From Patescibacteria group bacterium (lineage in GTDB: Bacteria > Patescibacteriota > Patescibacteriia > Veblenbacterales > UBA10138), in NCBI GenBank assembly GCA_041645215.1, contig JBAZQK010000004.1:2475-66474 (forward strand): DNA of 64,000 nucleotides, read 5' to 3'. Both the position numbers and the translations under genes were made by a program. Positions 1-8,317 of the stretch are shown here, piece by piece. Below the pieces are notes generated by a model. That model was not told the DNA's origin. It saw nothing but the letters and a program-made list of their open reading frames with translations, and did no database searches. Each line of letters begins with the position of its first letter. Within the stretch, counting starts at the first letter, position 1.

Positions 1-807
1 CAATAAACTATCAATCACGGCTTTAAGTTGGGCATACGGTACCGCGCCCGCGACTGGTTGACCGTTAACAAATGTAGTGGGAGTGCCATTTACGCCAAAA
101 CTCGTGCCTTCCTGCAGGTCAGTTTGAACATGAGCGGTAAATTCGCCGCTATCAAGGCAAGTTTTAAACTTCGCTTCCGGTAGGCCAAGTTCTTGGGCGA
201 GCGGAACGAGCGCGTCCAGCGCGAAGCCGGTACCGTTGGACGCGGTACGCTCAAAAATTTTGTCGGTATAAGCCCAAAACTTGTCATTGCCGCCCAGTTT
301 CCCAGCGCACTCGGTCGCTTCCGCCTCTTTTTGGGCATTGGCGTGGAACGAAAGCGGAAAGTGGCGGTAAACCCAACGAACCTGACCAGGGTACTCCTTC
401 ATAATCTGTTGCATAACCGGATGAAACCGTTTACAAAAAGGACACTCCAGGTCAGAATACTCAACCAGCGTAATCGGCGCATTATTATCACCCAAAATAT
501 GGTCATCAGCCTTAACCGGGACATTAACCTTGCTCGGGGGGGAGGAAGGTTGATTAGGCACCGTCGTGGGGGACGACGAATCACCGCCTTGAGTTACGGT
601 TGGCGCCGCCGCTGAATTTAGAGCCAACCGGCCGGAAGAACTGTACCAAATTGCCAAGGCAAAACCAATCAAACTTATAATCGCGACGCCCGCCATCAGC
701 CCAGTTATGAACGCCAACTGGGGCGAGGCTCCGGTCCATAAACCGGGTTTTGGCGGTAAGGACGATTGAACAATATTTGAATCTTGCAAAATAGGAGATG
801 TTGTCAT
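1..807 (-). CDS. DsbA-family thiol:disulfide oxidoreductase (5' part; gene runs off window start)
   Basis: Minus-strand ORF starting ATG at 807 with no stop before position 1. N-terminal TM segment, then a thioredoxin-fold region with a C-P-F-C active-site motif (encoded around 430-444). Not in the ORF track because it lacks a stop in-window. Confidence 0.7.
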   Translation of the reverse strand, partial: MTTSPILQDSNIVQSSLPPKPGLWTGASPQLAFITGLMAGVAIISLIGFALAIWYSSSGRLALNSAAAPTVTQGGDSSSPTTVPNQPSSPPSKVNVPVKADDHILGDNNAPITLVEYSDLECPFCKRFHPVMQQIMKEYPGQVRWVYRHFPLSFHANAQKEAEATECAGKLGGNDKFWAYTDKIFERTASNGTGFALDALVPLAQELGLPEAKFKTCLDSGEFTAHVQTDLQEGTSFGVNGTPTTFVNGQPVAGAVPYAQLKAVIDSLL

Positions 808-880
808 AAATAAAATAAAATTAAATAATAAAAACAGCGATTTAATTTCGCTCCCGCCAGATTAAACTAACGGTGAGCGC

Positions 881-1321
881 TTAAACGCCGGCGGCAAAAA
901 AACTATAGGTTCTCGGGTTGAGCAAGCCTTGAGCCAAGGCTAAATTCAAAAAACTGTGTAATTTTATATCAGGATGATGAAGGCTGTAAAACTTCAAACC
1001 GTCGGCCGCCTGATCGTACAACCTTAGCGTTACAACCAAAGCGGCCCCGATGGACATCAGGACAATGGCAAAATCCCTCAACGGCGGTCGGGGTTGAGCG
1101 CTATGTGTCAGTAAATTGTAAACTGACTCTGTGCTATTATTTTGCAATTGGCAGCACTTATTACTCACGGCGACTACGGCCGAGTCAGTATATAAACCAT
1201 AATCGCCGGTCATACTGTGGGACGCCATAATTTGACAGTGTACCAGCAAACCTCCAATAAAAAAGCTAAACAGCGCTACAGCCGCGATAACGGTTCTAAA
1301 TTTGGCCGGATAAATTTCCAT
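881..1321 (-). CDS. hypothetical membrane protein (no DsbB/VKOR CxxC motif seen)
   Basis: 146-aa ORF with hydrophobic segments immediately downstream of the DsbA-like gene. No recognisable catalytic motif. Confidence 0.35.
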   Translation of the reverse strand: MEIYPAKFRTVIAAVALFSFFIGGLLVHCQIMASHSMTGDYGLYTDSAVVAVSNKCCQLQNNSTESVYNLLTHSAQPRPPLRDFAIVLMSIGAALVVTLRLYDQAADGLKFYSLHHPDIKLHSFLNLALAQGLLNPRTYSFFAAGV

Positions 1322-1515
1322 AACAATATTATATACTATAACACTAGGGAATACTATATACTATATTTCTCTAGTTGTCGTTCAGTGTCATTGGCTCATG
1401 ACAGAATCGTACCCCCGTGCAGTGTCATTTTAGATGATTGAATACGCGACTTAGACCAATGTTAATATAACTGATAGACTATACACTTAATCACACTAAG
1501 TATAAAACCATTGTT

Positions 1516-2766
1516 ATGACTGACTTTTCCCCCGCTAATCAAGGTTTTGACGGTTTAGGCATTGCGCCCAAGCTTATTGAAATTTTGGACAAATTAAAAT
1601 TCGTCACGCCCACCCCCATCCAACTCCAAGCTATTCCGCTCGCAATTACGGGTAAAGATGTTATGGGTGTGGCTCAAACCGGCACTGGCAAAACTTTGGC
1701 TTTTGGCATTCCGATGTTGCAGCGCTTGGCCCAAACCAAAGGCGCCCAGGGCCTAGTGGTACTGCCAACCCGCGAATTAGCTTTGCAGATAGAAGAAAGT
1801 CTAATGAAAATTGGCAAGGGCATCGGCTTGAGAACGGCCGTGCTAATTGGCGGCGAATACATTAACAAGCAAGTCAGAGCTTTGCGCCGCAACCCGCACA
1901 TTATTATTGCAACACCGGGACGATTGATTGATCATTTGGACCAAAAAAATTTAACCCTGCACAACGTTAGTATTCTGGTGCTGGACGAAGCTGACCATAT
2001 GTTGGACATGGGGTTTGCTCCGCAAATCAAAAATATTTTGCGCCAAGTACCGACCAATCGGCAAACCATGCTATTCTCGGCCACTATGCCTAAAACCATT
2101 ATTAATATGGCCACTAGCTGTATGAAACTGCCGATTCGGGTAGAAGTGGCGCCCTCCGGCACCACACCCGGCGATGTCAGCCATGAATTATTTTTTGTAA
2201 CTAAAGCCAACAAAATTTCATTACTTAAAAAACTATTAGAAGAGTATCGCGGCAGTGTGCTGATATTCAGCCGCACTAAATTCGGCGCCAAGCAAATCAC
2301 CCACACCCTGCGGAATAACGGCTTTACGGCGGCGGAAATACACTCCAACCGCTCGCTTAACCAGCGGCTGGAGGCCTTGTCTGGATTTAAACTTGGTATC
2401 TACCGCGTGTTAGTGGCGACTGATATTGCCGCCCGCGGTATCGACATTACCGGCATTGAACTGGTTGTGAACTACGACTTACCTGATAATCCGGAAGATT
2501 ACGTGCACCGCATCGGCCGAACCGGTCGGGCCGGCCACAAAGGCCACGCTATTTCCTTTGCCACACCGGAACAAAAATGGGACGTTAAAAGCATTGAGCA
2601 TGTTATAAAAATACCTTTGCCGGTTTCGCGCTCGCCCCATTTGGCTGGCCTGGCGTCTGAACCAGAGCCAGCGCGCACCGGCCAACGAGCGCCTAACCGC
2701 CGGCCGGATTTAGGCCGAGGCGCCCGACTGTCCAACCGCCGCTCTTTTCACCACCGCGGCCGCTAA
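1516..2766 (+). CDS. DEAD-box ATP-dependent RNA helicase with RG-rich C-terminal tail
   Basis: Motif I AQTGTGKT, motif II VLDEADHML (DEAD), SAT, and HRIGRTGRAG motif VI. Arg/Gly-rich C-terminus. Confidence 0.95.
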   Translation: MTDFSPANQGFDGLGIAPKLIEILDKLKFVTPTPIQLQAIPLAITGKDVMGVAQTGTGKTLAFGIPMLQRLAQTKGAQGLVVLPTRELALQIEESLMKIGKGIGLRTAVLIGGEYINKQVRALRRNPHIIIATPGRLIDHLDQKNLTLHNVSILVLDEADHMLDMGFAPQIKNILRQVPTNRQTMLFSATMPKTIINMATSCMKLPIRVEVAPSGTTPGDVSHELFFVTKANKISLLKKLLEEYRGSVLIFSRTKFGAKQITHTLRNNGFTAAEIHSNRSLNQRLEALSGFKLGIYRVLVATDIAARGIDITGIELVVNYDLPDNPEDYVHRIGRTGRAGHKGHAISFATPEQKWDVKSIEHVIKIPLPVSRSPHLAGLASEPEPARTGQRAPNRRPDLGRGARLSNRRSFHHRGR

Positions 2767-2776
2767 CGATAGTACT

Positions 2777-2808
2777 AAAAATCAGCCGTTGTAATCGGCT
2801 GATTTTAG
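2777..2808 (+). terminator. intrinsic terminator hairpin downstream of the helicase gene
   Basis: aaaaATCAGCCGttgtaatCGGCTGATtttagat: 8-bp GC-containing stem followed by a T-rich run. Confidence 0.6.
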
Positions 2809-3043
2809 ATATCAAATTTATAGCTGGATATCCACCTTACCTTCAGCCCGAGGCTGATTCTCGCCGGCACGCCCCGCCAAAGGCGAGGCTCCGCCGAATG
2901 GCGGGCCGAGGGCGGCGGATGGGCCTTGGGCGCACACCTTTTGAAACAGAGGTGAGAATCTGCCTATGGCATGAGGCGAAAACGCCCATGGTTTTAGGCG
3001 AAGCCCCGCTAAGCGGGGCGAAGGCGGATAAATTAACCTAAAT

Positions 3044-3208
3044 AGGACTTACGGGTTTGAGCCAAGTTCGAGGCAAAACCGAGCATTTGAGCGAGCCGTA
3101 GTAAAACTACGGTGAACGAAAAGCGGAGGTTTTAACAAAGAAATTGGCCAAAGCCGCTTGCGGGGTCGTCCCTGCGCCCGCCCTGCAAGCGGCCAACCCG
3201 TAAGTCCT
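3044..3208. mobile_element. 165-bp MITE-like repeat, copy 1 (TIR AGGACTTACGGGTT / AACCCGTAAGTCCT)
   Basis: Near-identical copy at 4725..4888 in direct orientation. 14-bp perfect terminal inverted repeats. Internal hairpins (ccgtagtaaaactacgg; gccgcttgc...gcaagcggc). Confidence 0.75.
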
Positions 3209-3214
3209 ACTAAA

Positions 3215-4687
3215 CTATAACTTGTCTAAATCAACTGTGTCATCAATCCGCACTTGCGCCACAAAATCCGGAATGTGACTTACTATAATCATGGCTCCGG
3301 CAAAAGCCTTTAACGCCCGCGCAATTACCGGCAAGTGCCGCCAATTTATGTGATTAGTCGGCTCGTCCAAAATTAGCAAACCAGGCTTAAATAGAACTAA
3401 GCGGGCAAACACCAATAGTCCTTTTTGCCCTTCGGACAAACTTTTAATTTGACTCGCCAAAATTTTGCCATCCAGTAAAAATCCTGCCGCGGTGGAACGC
3501 AATAAATGTTCGTCTTTTATTTCCATAACTTCTTCTAAACTGTCGTACGCTGTTTTTTTAAAATCAAGCGTGGAAAAATCCTGCCGACAATAACCAACCC
3601 GCACGTCTTGGCCAATGGTTACCCGTTGAGCTTGCCCTAATACTATTTTCTCTAAAAAAGTGCTTTTGCCGATTCCGTTGGGGCCAGTCAGCAACAAATG
3701 CGAACCGCGACGGAGCACAATATTAACCGCCTGGCTGACGGGCTCGCCCTGCTTAATAATACCAATCTGCAATATTTCCAAAATCTTACCGTTAAAATCA
3801 AAAGCAAATTCCTGGGTGGAAATTTCAAAATTACGGATAGTTTTATCCTCGCGCCGCACCTCCACCATACCCTCCTCCATATCGGCCGCATATTCACGCA
3901 TGCGCTTGGCCACGGAACGCAACTTCCCGCCTTTGTGGGCAAACACCTCGGCTTGGGCAATTTTCTTTTTTACGTCGGCCTCGGCCCGAGCGTTCAATTG
4001 GCGCTCCCGTTCAATCCGGCTGGCAATCTGCTCAACCACGTTAAAATAATTGCCCACATACTGTTCAATCTTTTGCGCATGCATATCCAAATACAACACG
4101 CCGTCAGTAAAAGCGTTTAAAAAGTCAGCATCGTGCGATATAACAATAACGGTTTTGTCATAGCTCATTAAAAAACCAGTCAAGTGGTTGATGCCGGTTT
4201 GATCAAGGTTGTTAGTTGGCTCGTCCAACAATAAAATATCCGGATCTTGCATAAGCGCGTAGGCCAATAATAAACGAGCTTGTTGGCCGCCGGAATGAGC
4301 CCGGACTTTTTTGGTTAAATCGGTTTTTAAATTAACCGCCTGTAACACGTCGCCAATATGTTTGTCCAAATTATATGGTATGTCTGTAAAAGTGGTGGCA
4401 AACCAAGCGCGCAGCGTTAAATCCAGATGGCTCGGCGCTATGACCTGTTTGGCAATGCCAATAGTGGCATTCTTAGGTGTAATAAAAATACCGCCGCGAG
4501 TCGGCGTAAGCTCGCCTAAAATAAGTTTGAACAACGAGGTTTTACCAGCCCCATTCTGGCCCATTAAGGCCACGCGCGAACCAGTGCGAATTGAAAAACT
4601 AACCTCATTCAAAATAGGTTTGTGGTCGGCGTGATTAAATACGACTTCGTCAAATCGAAGCACGACACTGTTATTTGGCATAACCAT
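3215..4687 (-). CDS. ABC-F family ATPase (tandem ABC domains, no TM domain; EttA/Uup-like)
   Basis: Two nucleotide-binding domains. Walker A GQNGAGKT and GPNGIGKST; signatures LSGGQQARL and LSEGQKGLL; Walker B LLLDEPTNNLD and LILDEPTNHI. Confidence 0.9.
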   Translation of the reverse strand: MVMPNNSVVLRFDEVVFNHADHKPILNEVSFSIRTGSRVALMGQNGAGKTSLFKLILGELTPTRGGIFITPKNATIGIAKQVIAPSHLDLTLRAWFATTFTDIPYNLDKHIGDVLQAVNLKTDLTKKVRAHSGGQQARLLLAYALMQDPDILLLDEPTNNLDQTGINHLTGFLMSYDKTVIVISHDADFLNAFTDGVLYLDMHAQKIEQYVGNYFNVVEQIASRIERERQLNARAEADVKKKIAQAEVFAHKGGKLRSVAKRMREYAADMEEGMVEVRREDKTIRNFEISTQEFAFDFNGKILEILQIGIIKQGEPVSQAVNIVLRRGSHLLLTGPNGIGKSTFLEKIVLGQAQRVTIGQDVRVGYCRQDFSTLDFKKTAYDSLEEVMEIKDEHLLRSTAAGFLLDGKILASQIKSLSEGQKGLLVFARLVLFKPGLLILDEPTNHINWRHLPVIARALKAFAGAMIIVSHIPDFVAQVRIDDTVDLDKL

Positions 4688-4724
4688 AACAGATTACGCT
4701 ATATGAACTGTTTTGACAATAATT

Positions 4725-4888
4725 AGGACTTACGCGTTTGAGCCAAGTTCGAGGCAAAACCGAGCATTTGAGCAAGCCGTAGTAAAACTACGGTGAGCGA
4801 AAAGCCGAGGTTTTAACGAAGAAATTGGCCAAAGCCGCTTGCGGGGTCGGGCTGCGCCCGCCCCTAAGGCGGCAAGCGCGTAAGTCCT
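4725..4888. mobile_element. 165-bp MITE-like repeat, copy 2 (TIR AGGACTTACGCGTT / AGCGCGTAAGTCCT)
   Basis: About 90% identical to 3044..3208. The TIR carries a compensatory G-to-C / C-to-G change that preserves end complementarity. Confidence 0.75.
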
Positions 4889-5007
4889 AAATAATCAAGG
4901 GTAGTGAAACGCCACGGCCCTTAAGCCGTGGCGTCTTGGAGTACAATGGTTTCACGGAGCGAAACTCCCGCCCAAGGCGGGCTGGTACAAAGGGTAAAGA
5001 AGCCTAA

Positions 5008-6243
5008 TTATTCAGCCGCCAGGCTGGCGCCGGCCGTTTGTCCGGTTGCCCAAGCTGATTGCAAATTAAAACCGCCAGTAAATCCGTCTATATTCAAAAT
5101 CTCACCAACCAAATAAAGTCCCGCGCATACTTTGGATTGCATTGTACGCGGATCAACCTCGGTTAACTCTACGCCGCCGGCGGTAACAAACTCATCCCCG
5201 GCCCGGCGACCAATCACATTCAGTGGCAAATGCTTTAATCGTTGCTCAACCTGGTGCAAATCATATTTGCTCATAGCGGCGTTTTTCTGTTCCGGTGGAA
5301 TACTAAGTTGCCGGCATATTAGTTCGGCGACTGACAGTGGCACAAAATTATGTAAGGTATTTTTAAAACTTTTTTTAGGGTTGACCGACACCAGACTTTT
5401 TAATTCTGCCGCCATGGTCGCAACTGTTAAATCCGGCAACAAATCAATATAAACCGCCAGTGGCTTAGTGGCGCTATAATCAACAAACGCCATTAGTGAT
5501 GACAGAGCAAATACCGCCGGTCCGCTAATACCCCAATGAGTAAATACCAACGGACCCAAGGCGGCTTGGTATTTAGGCGTATCAGTCTGAATTTTCACCT
5601 TAATCAACGACACGCCAGTAAGTCGAGCCGGCCACTGCTCCTGAGTAGTAAAAGCATTAAGACTGGGCGCGAGTGGCGTAATATGATGCCCCAGCTGCTC
5701 GGCCAAACTATAGCCATCGCCAGTTGATCCGGTGTAACGCCGGGCTTGGCCACCTAAGGCCAACACGACCCTGTCTACTGCCAGCGACGGTTGAGTGGCA
5801 AAATCAACCCTAAACCCCTGGGCAGTTTTGGCAATATGCTTGACGGTATGCTTAAAAAGTAAGGTAGTTTTATGTAATGCAAAAATATTCTCAAAAACCT
5901 TAACCACCTCCTCGCCTTTGTTAGATAAAGGAAACAAACGACCGTCCGCCTCGCATTTAAGCGGTACATTATGATTGGCAAACCAAGCCTTGACTGCGGC
6001 CGGCGGAAAACGATGCATGGCTGAATTTAAAAATTTACCACCGCGGGGATATTTGCTAAGCACGACTTTTATATCAGTAAAGCCAGTGGTGACATTACAG
6101 CGCCCGCCGCCGGAAATAATTACTTTTTTACCCAGCGAGTCGTTTTTTTCCAACAAAAAAATTTCTATCTTGGGGTTAAGCTCGTTAATAGCGGCGGCAC
6201 ACATCATACCAGCCGCTCCGCCACCCACCACGGCAATTCTCAT
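5008..6243 (-). CDS. NAD(P)/FAD-dependent oxidoreductase, HI0933/YhiN-like flavoprotein
   Basis: N-terminal dinucleotide-binding motif MRIAVVGGGAAGMMCA. GGGRCNVTT motif characteristic of the HI0933 family. Confidence 0.85.
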   Translation of the reverse strand: MRIAVVGGGAAGMMCAAAINELNPKIEIFLLEKNDSLGKKVIISGGGRCNVTTGFTDIKVVLSKYPRGGKFLNSAMHRFPPAAVKAWFANHNVPLKCEADGRLFPLSNKGEEVVKVFENIFALHKTTLLFKHTVKHIAKTAQGFRVDFATQPSLAVDRVVLALGGQARRYTGSTGDGYSLAEQLGHHITPLAPSLNAFTTQEQWPARLTGVSLIKVKIQTDTPKYQAALGPLVFTHWGISGPAVFALSSLMAFVDYSATKPLAVYIDLLPDLTVATMAAELKSLVSVNPKKSFKNTLHNFVPLSVAELICRQLSIPPEQKNAAMSKYDLHQVEQRLKHLPLNVIGRRAGDEFVTAGGVELTEVDPRTMQSKVCAGLYLVGEILNIDGFTGGFNLQSAWATGQTAGASLAAE

Positions 6244-6365
6244 ACATTATTATTTTTAAATATTAGATAAATTCTACCTTAGCACATCTTAATTGCTCTA
6301 AACCAGCCGCCTTAACTGCCATTAAACTTTTATTGCTTGGGCGGCTTCCCGGGCGACAAGGCAAA

Positions 6366-6395
6366 CAAAAACACCCCGAACCTGTCGGGGTGTTT
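6366..6395 (-). terminator. intrinsic terminator downstream of cold-shock gene
   Basis: aacaCCCCGAcaggtTCGGGGtgtttttgtttgc on the minus strand: hairpin plus T-run. Confidence 0.55.
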
Positions 6396-6405
6396 AAGTT
6401 TACCG

Positions 6406-6603
6406 TTAGATGCGGCGAACATTGACGGCGCGCGGGCCTTTTTCAGCCTGCTCAGTATCAAACGATACTTTGTCGTCAACATGAAGCTCGTCAAAAGTTA
6501 CATCAACGAGAGCGGACGAGTGAAAAAACAAGTCCTTGTCTTGACCTTCGGGGGTAATGAAACCAAAACCCTTGTCAGTCAGACGCTTAATCGATCCATT
6601 CAT
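6406..6603 (-). CDS. cold-shock protein (CspA family, S1-like OB fold)
   Basis: 65 aa. KGFGFITPE and VFFHSSAL-type RNP motifs (KGFGFITPEGQDKDLFFHSSAL). Confidence 0.95.
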   Translation of the reverse strand: MNGSIKRLTDKGFGFITPEGQDKDLFFHSSALVDVTFDELHVDDKVSFDTEQAEKGPRAVNVRRI

Positions 6604-7018
6604 AGTAATATTTAAAATTATGAATTATGTGCTAATTTGAGCCTCAGAGCGGAAACTCGACCAATCTCCCGTTTAGGCTTTTTCGCAAACTCAATGTACC
6701 ATAATCTAACAATAGTGTAAAGGGCTATATATTTATTGCTATTGGAAACAAATTTTAAAACCCATATAAAACCGCCAACCATAGTGGCTCACGATTTTTT
6801 ATTTGGCTCCAAATAATGGATGATACTCGAACTTATTTTATGAAGGCTGGCGCTCAGGAATATAAGTTACCAGTGGGGGCAATATAACCGCGCAAAGTTG
6901 CCTTTGTGAAAATAAGAAATGGTAATTGGACCAGCAACAAGTTGAATAATAGTAAACCCCGTTACACCCCGCCGAATCGGCGGGGCATTTTTGGGGAAGA
7001 TTTTTAATTTCCCATTCA

Positions 7019-7083
7019 CCCCGTTAGAAGTCTCCACCAGTGGTGGAGTATCCCGACAGCCATTGGGATTGCTTCCAACGGGG
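7019..7083. mobile_element. MITE-like element, CCCCGTTAGAA-TIR family (short copy)
   Basis: ccccgttagaag...cttccaacgggg terminal inverted repeats. Flanked on both sides by ccccgccgaatcggcgggg hairpins and an outer ccccgttacaccc / gggtgtaacgggg inverted pair. Confidence 0.55.
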
Positions 7084-7973
7084 TTCATCCCCGCCGAATC
7101 GGCGGGGCATTCTGGGTGTAACGGGGTAAATCGCCAGGAAATATTATGTGAAGGAATAGAGTAGCAAGACTTATTTTTAATGTCTCAACTTGCCCAACTC
7201 CGCCGCTAAATTTTATACCAAATTCTTACTATTCGCCTATTTCCTCCAAACCTGCCTGCCCACGGTCCCGCTGCGACGGAACCTCGCCTATAGCGGGGTG
7301 TGACCGGCAGGCAGGGGCGGGCGCGCGAATTAGATCATGGAAAAGATAGGATGGACAATCAAAAGTATGGTTCAACTTTTTAAAACCAATAGCCTCACCC
7401 AATAAAATAAATAGTATTAACCCCCCAGAGCAGGCTCTGGGCTCATATTCTGATTTTAATCCCGTAGCAAGCGGGCGCGGTATTATGATAAATGGAACTC
7501 CCTCCCGCTGTCCGCCGGCTGGCGGAATCCGGAGGTTATTCTGACGAAGCCCCGCTAAGCGGGGCGGAGGCGGATAAAAGAATCGAGTATCGAATAATTA
7601 AAATAGAACCCCCCAGCTAAAGCCGTGGTACCTGTCCCAACGCTCCTGCGGGGCGAACCGTAACACATATTGTGCGGCCGCACAATATGTGTTACGGCAT
7701 GCGGCCAGCGTCAGCCTTGGTCCCGAACTTTGCTCTGGTACAAAGGCGCCAGCGGACCAATTCACTCACCTTTGATGTACATCGGGGTGATCCTCTGGAC
7801 GCTGCGCTAGAATGAGTTGTGTTTTAACCTCTTGCTTTATTACCTAAAGGTTATATTTTTTTATACATCTCGCGCCATCAAATTTTGTGTTAAATTGTTA
7901 CTATTCGCCTATTCCCTCCAAAGGCGGGCAGACGCACGAATTAGATCATAGAAATGAACTACCTCACAGCCAG

Positions 7974-8051
7974 CCCCGTTAGAAAGCTTTGCACCGAGGA
8001 ATCTCAAAATGAGATATTAAAAACAAACTTAAAAACAACTTTCTAACGGGG
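7974..8051. mobile_element. MITE-like element, CCCCGTTAGAA-TIR family (short copy)
   Basis: ccccgttagaaagc...ctttctaacgggg, 13-bp perfect TIRs, AT-rich interior. Confidence 0.55.
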
Positions 8052-8317
8052 CAAACCGACGAGGTATTGACAGCGGAGGAGAATAATAAAGAGATTGATT
8101 AAACATATTGTTCGGCCATTTGAATTCAATAATCCACAAAGTGAAATGAAACTCCCTGCCGATGTACAAAAGGGAGGGTATGCTGGCGCAGCCCCGCTTG
8201 GACGGGGCGCAGAAGAATAAACACCTCCGGTTGTAGAAATCTTCAGGTGTTTAAAATGCCACAACTTTGCTCGGGCGCCGCCCCGCCGAATCGGCGGGGC
8301 GCCGGCGGAAGTGATAA

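Noticed and set aside
193-615. 140-aa + strand ORF and 90..338 / 399..584 minus ORFs at window start
   Set aside because: They are alternative frames over the DsbA-like gene, whose CPFC-containing frame on the minus strand is clearly the real one.
881-1321. DsbB/VKOR partner of DsbA
   Set aside because: The membrane protein lacks the paired CxxC / Cys-Cys motifs of DsbB or VKOR (only HCQ and KCCQ present). Left as hypothetical.
6867-7088. 73-aa ORFs at 6867..7088 and 8043..8264
   Set aside because: They sit on MITE copies and GC hairpins in the repeat-rich desert and are composed largely of Pro/Gly/Arg from GC-rich repeats.
6620-8317. CRISPR array
   Set aside because: The repeats are irregularly spaced, of several different types and orientations, with no unit-length spacers and no cas genes nearby.
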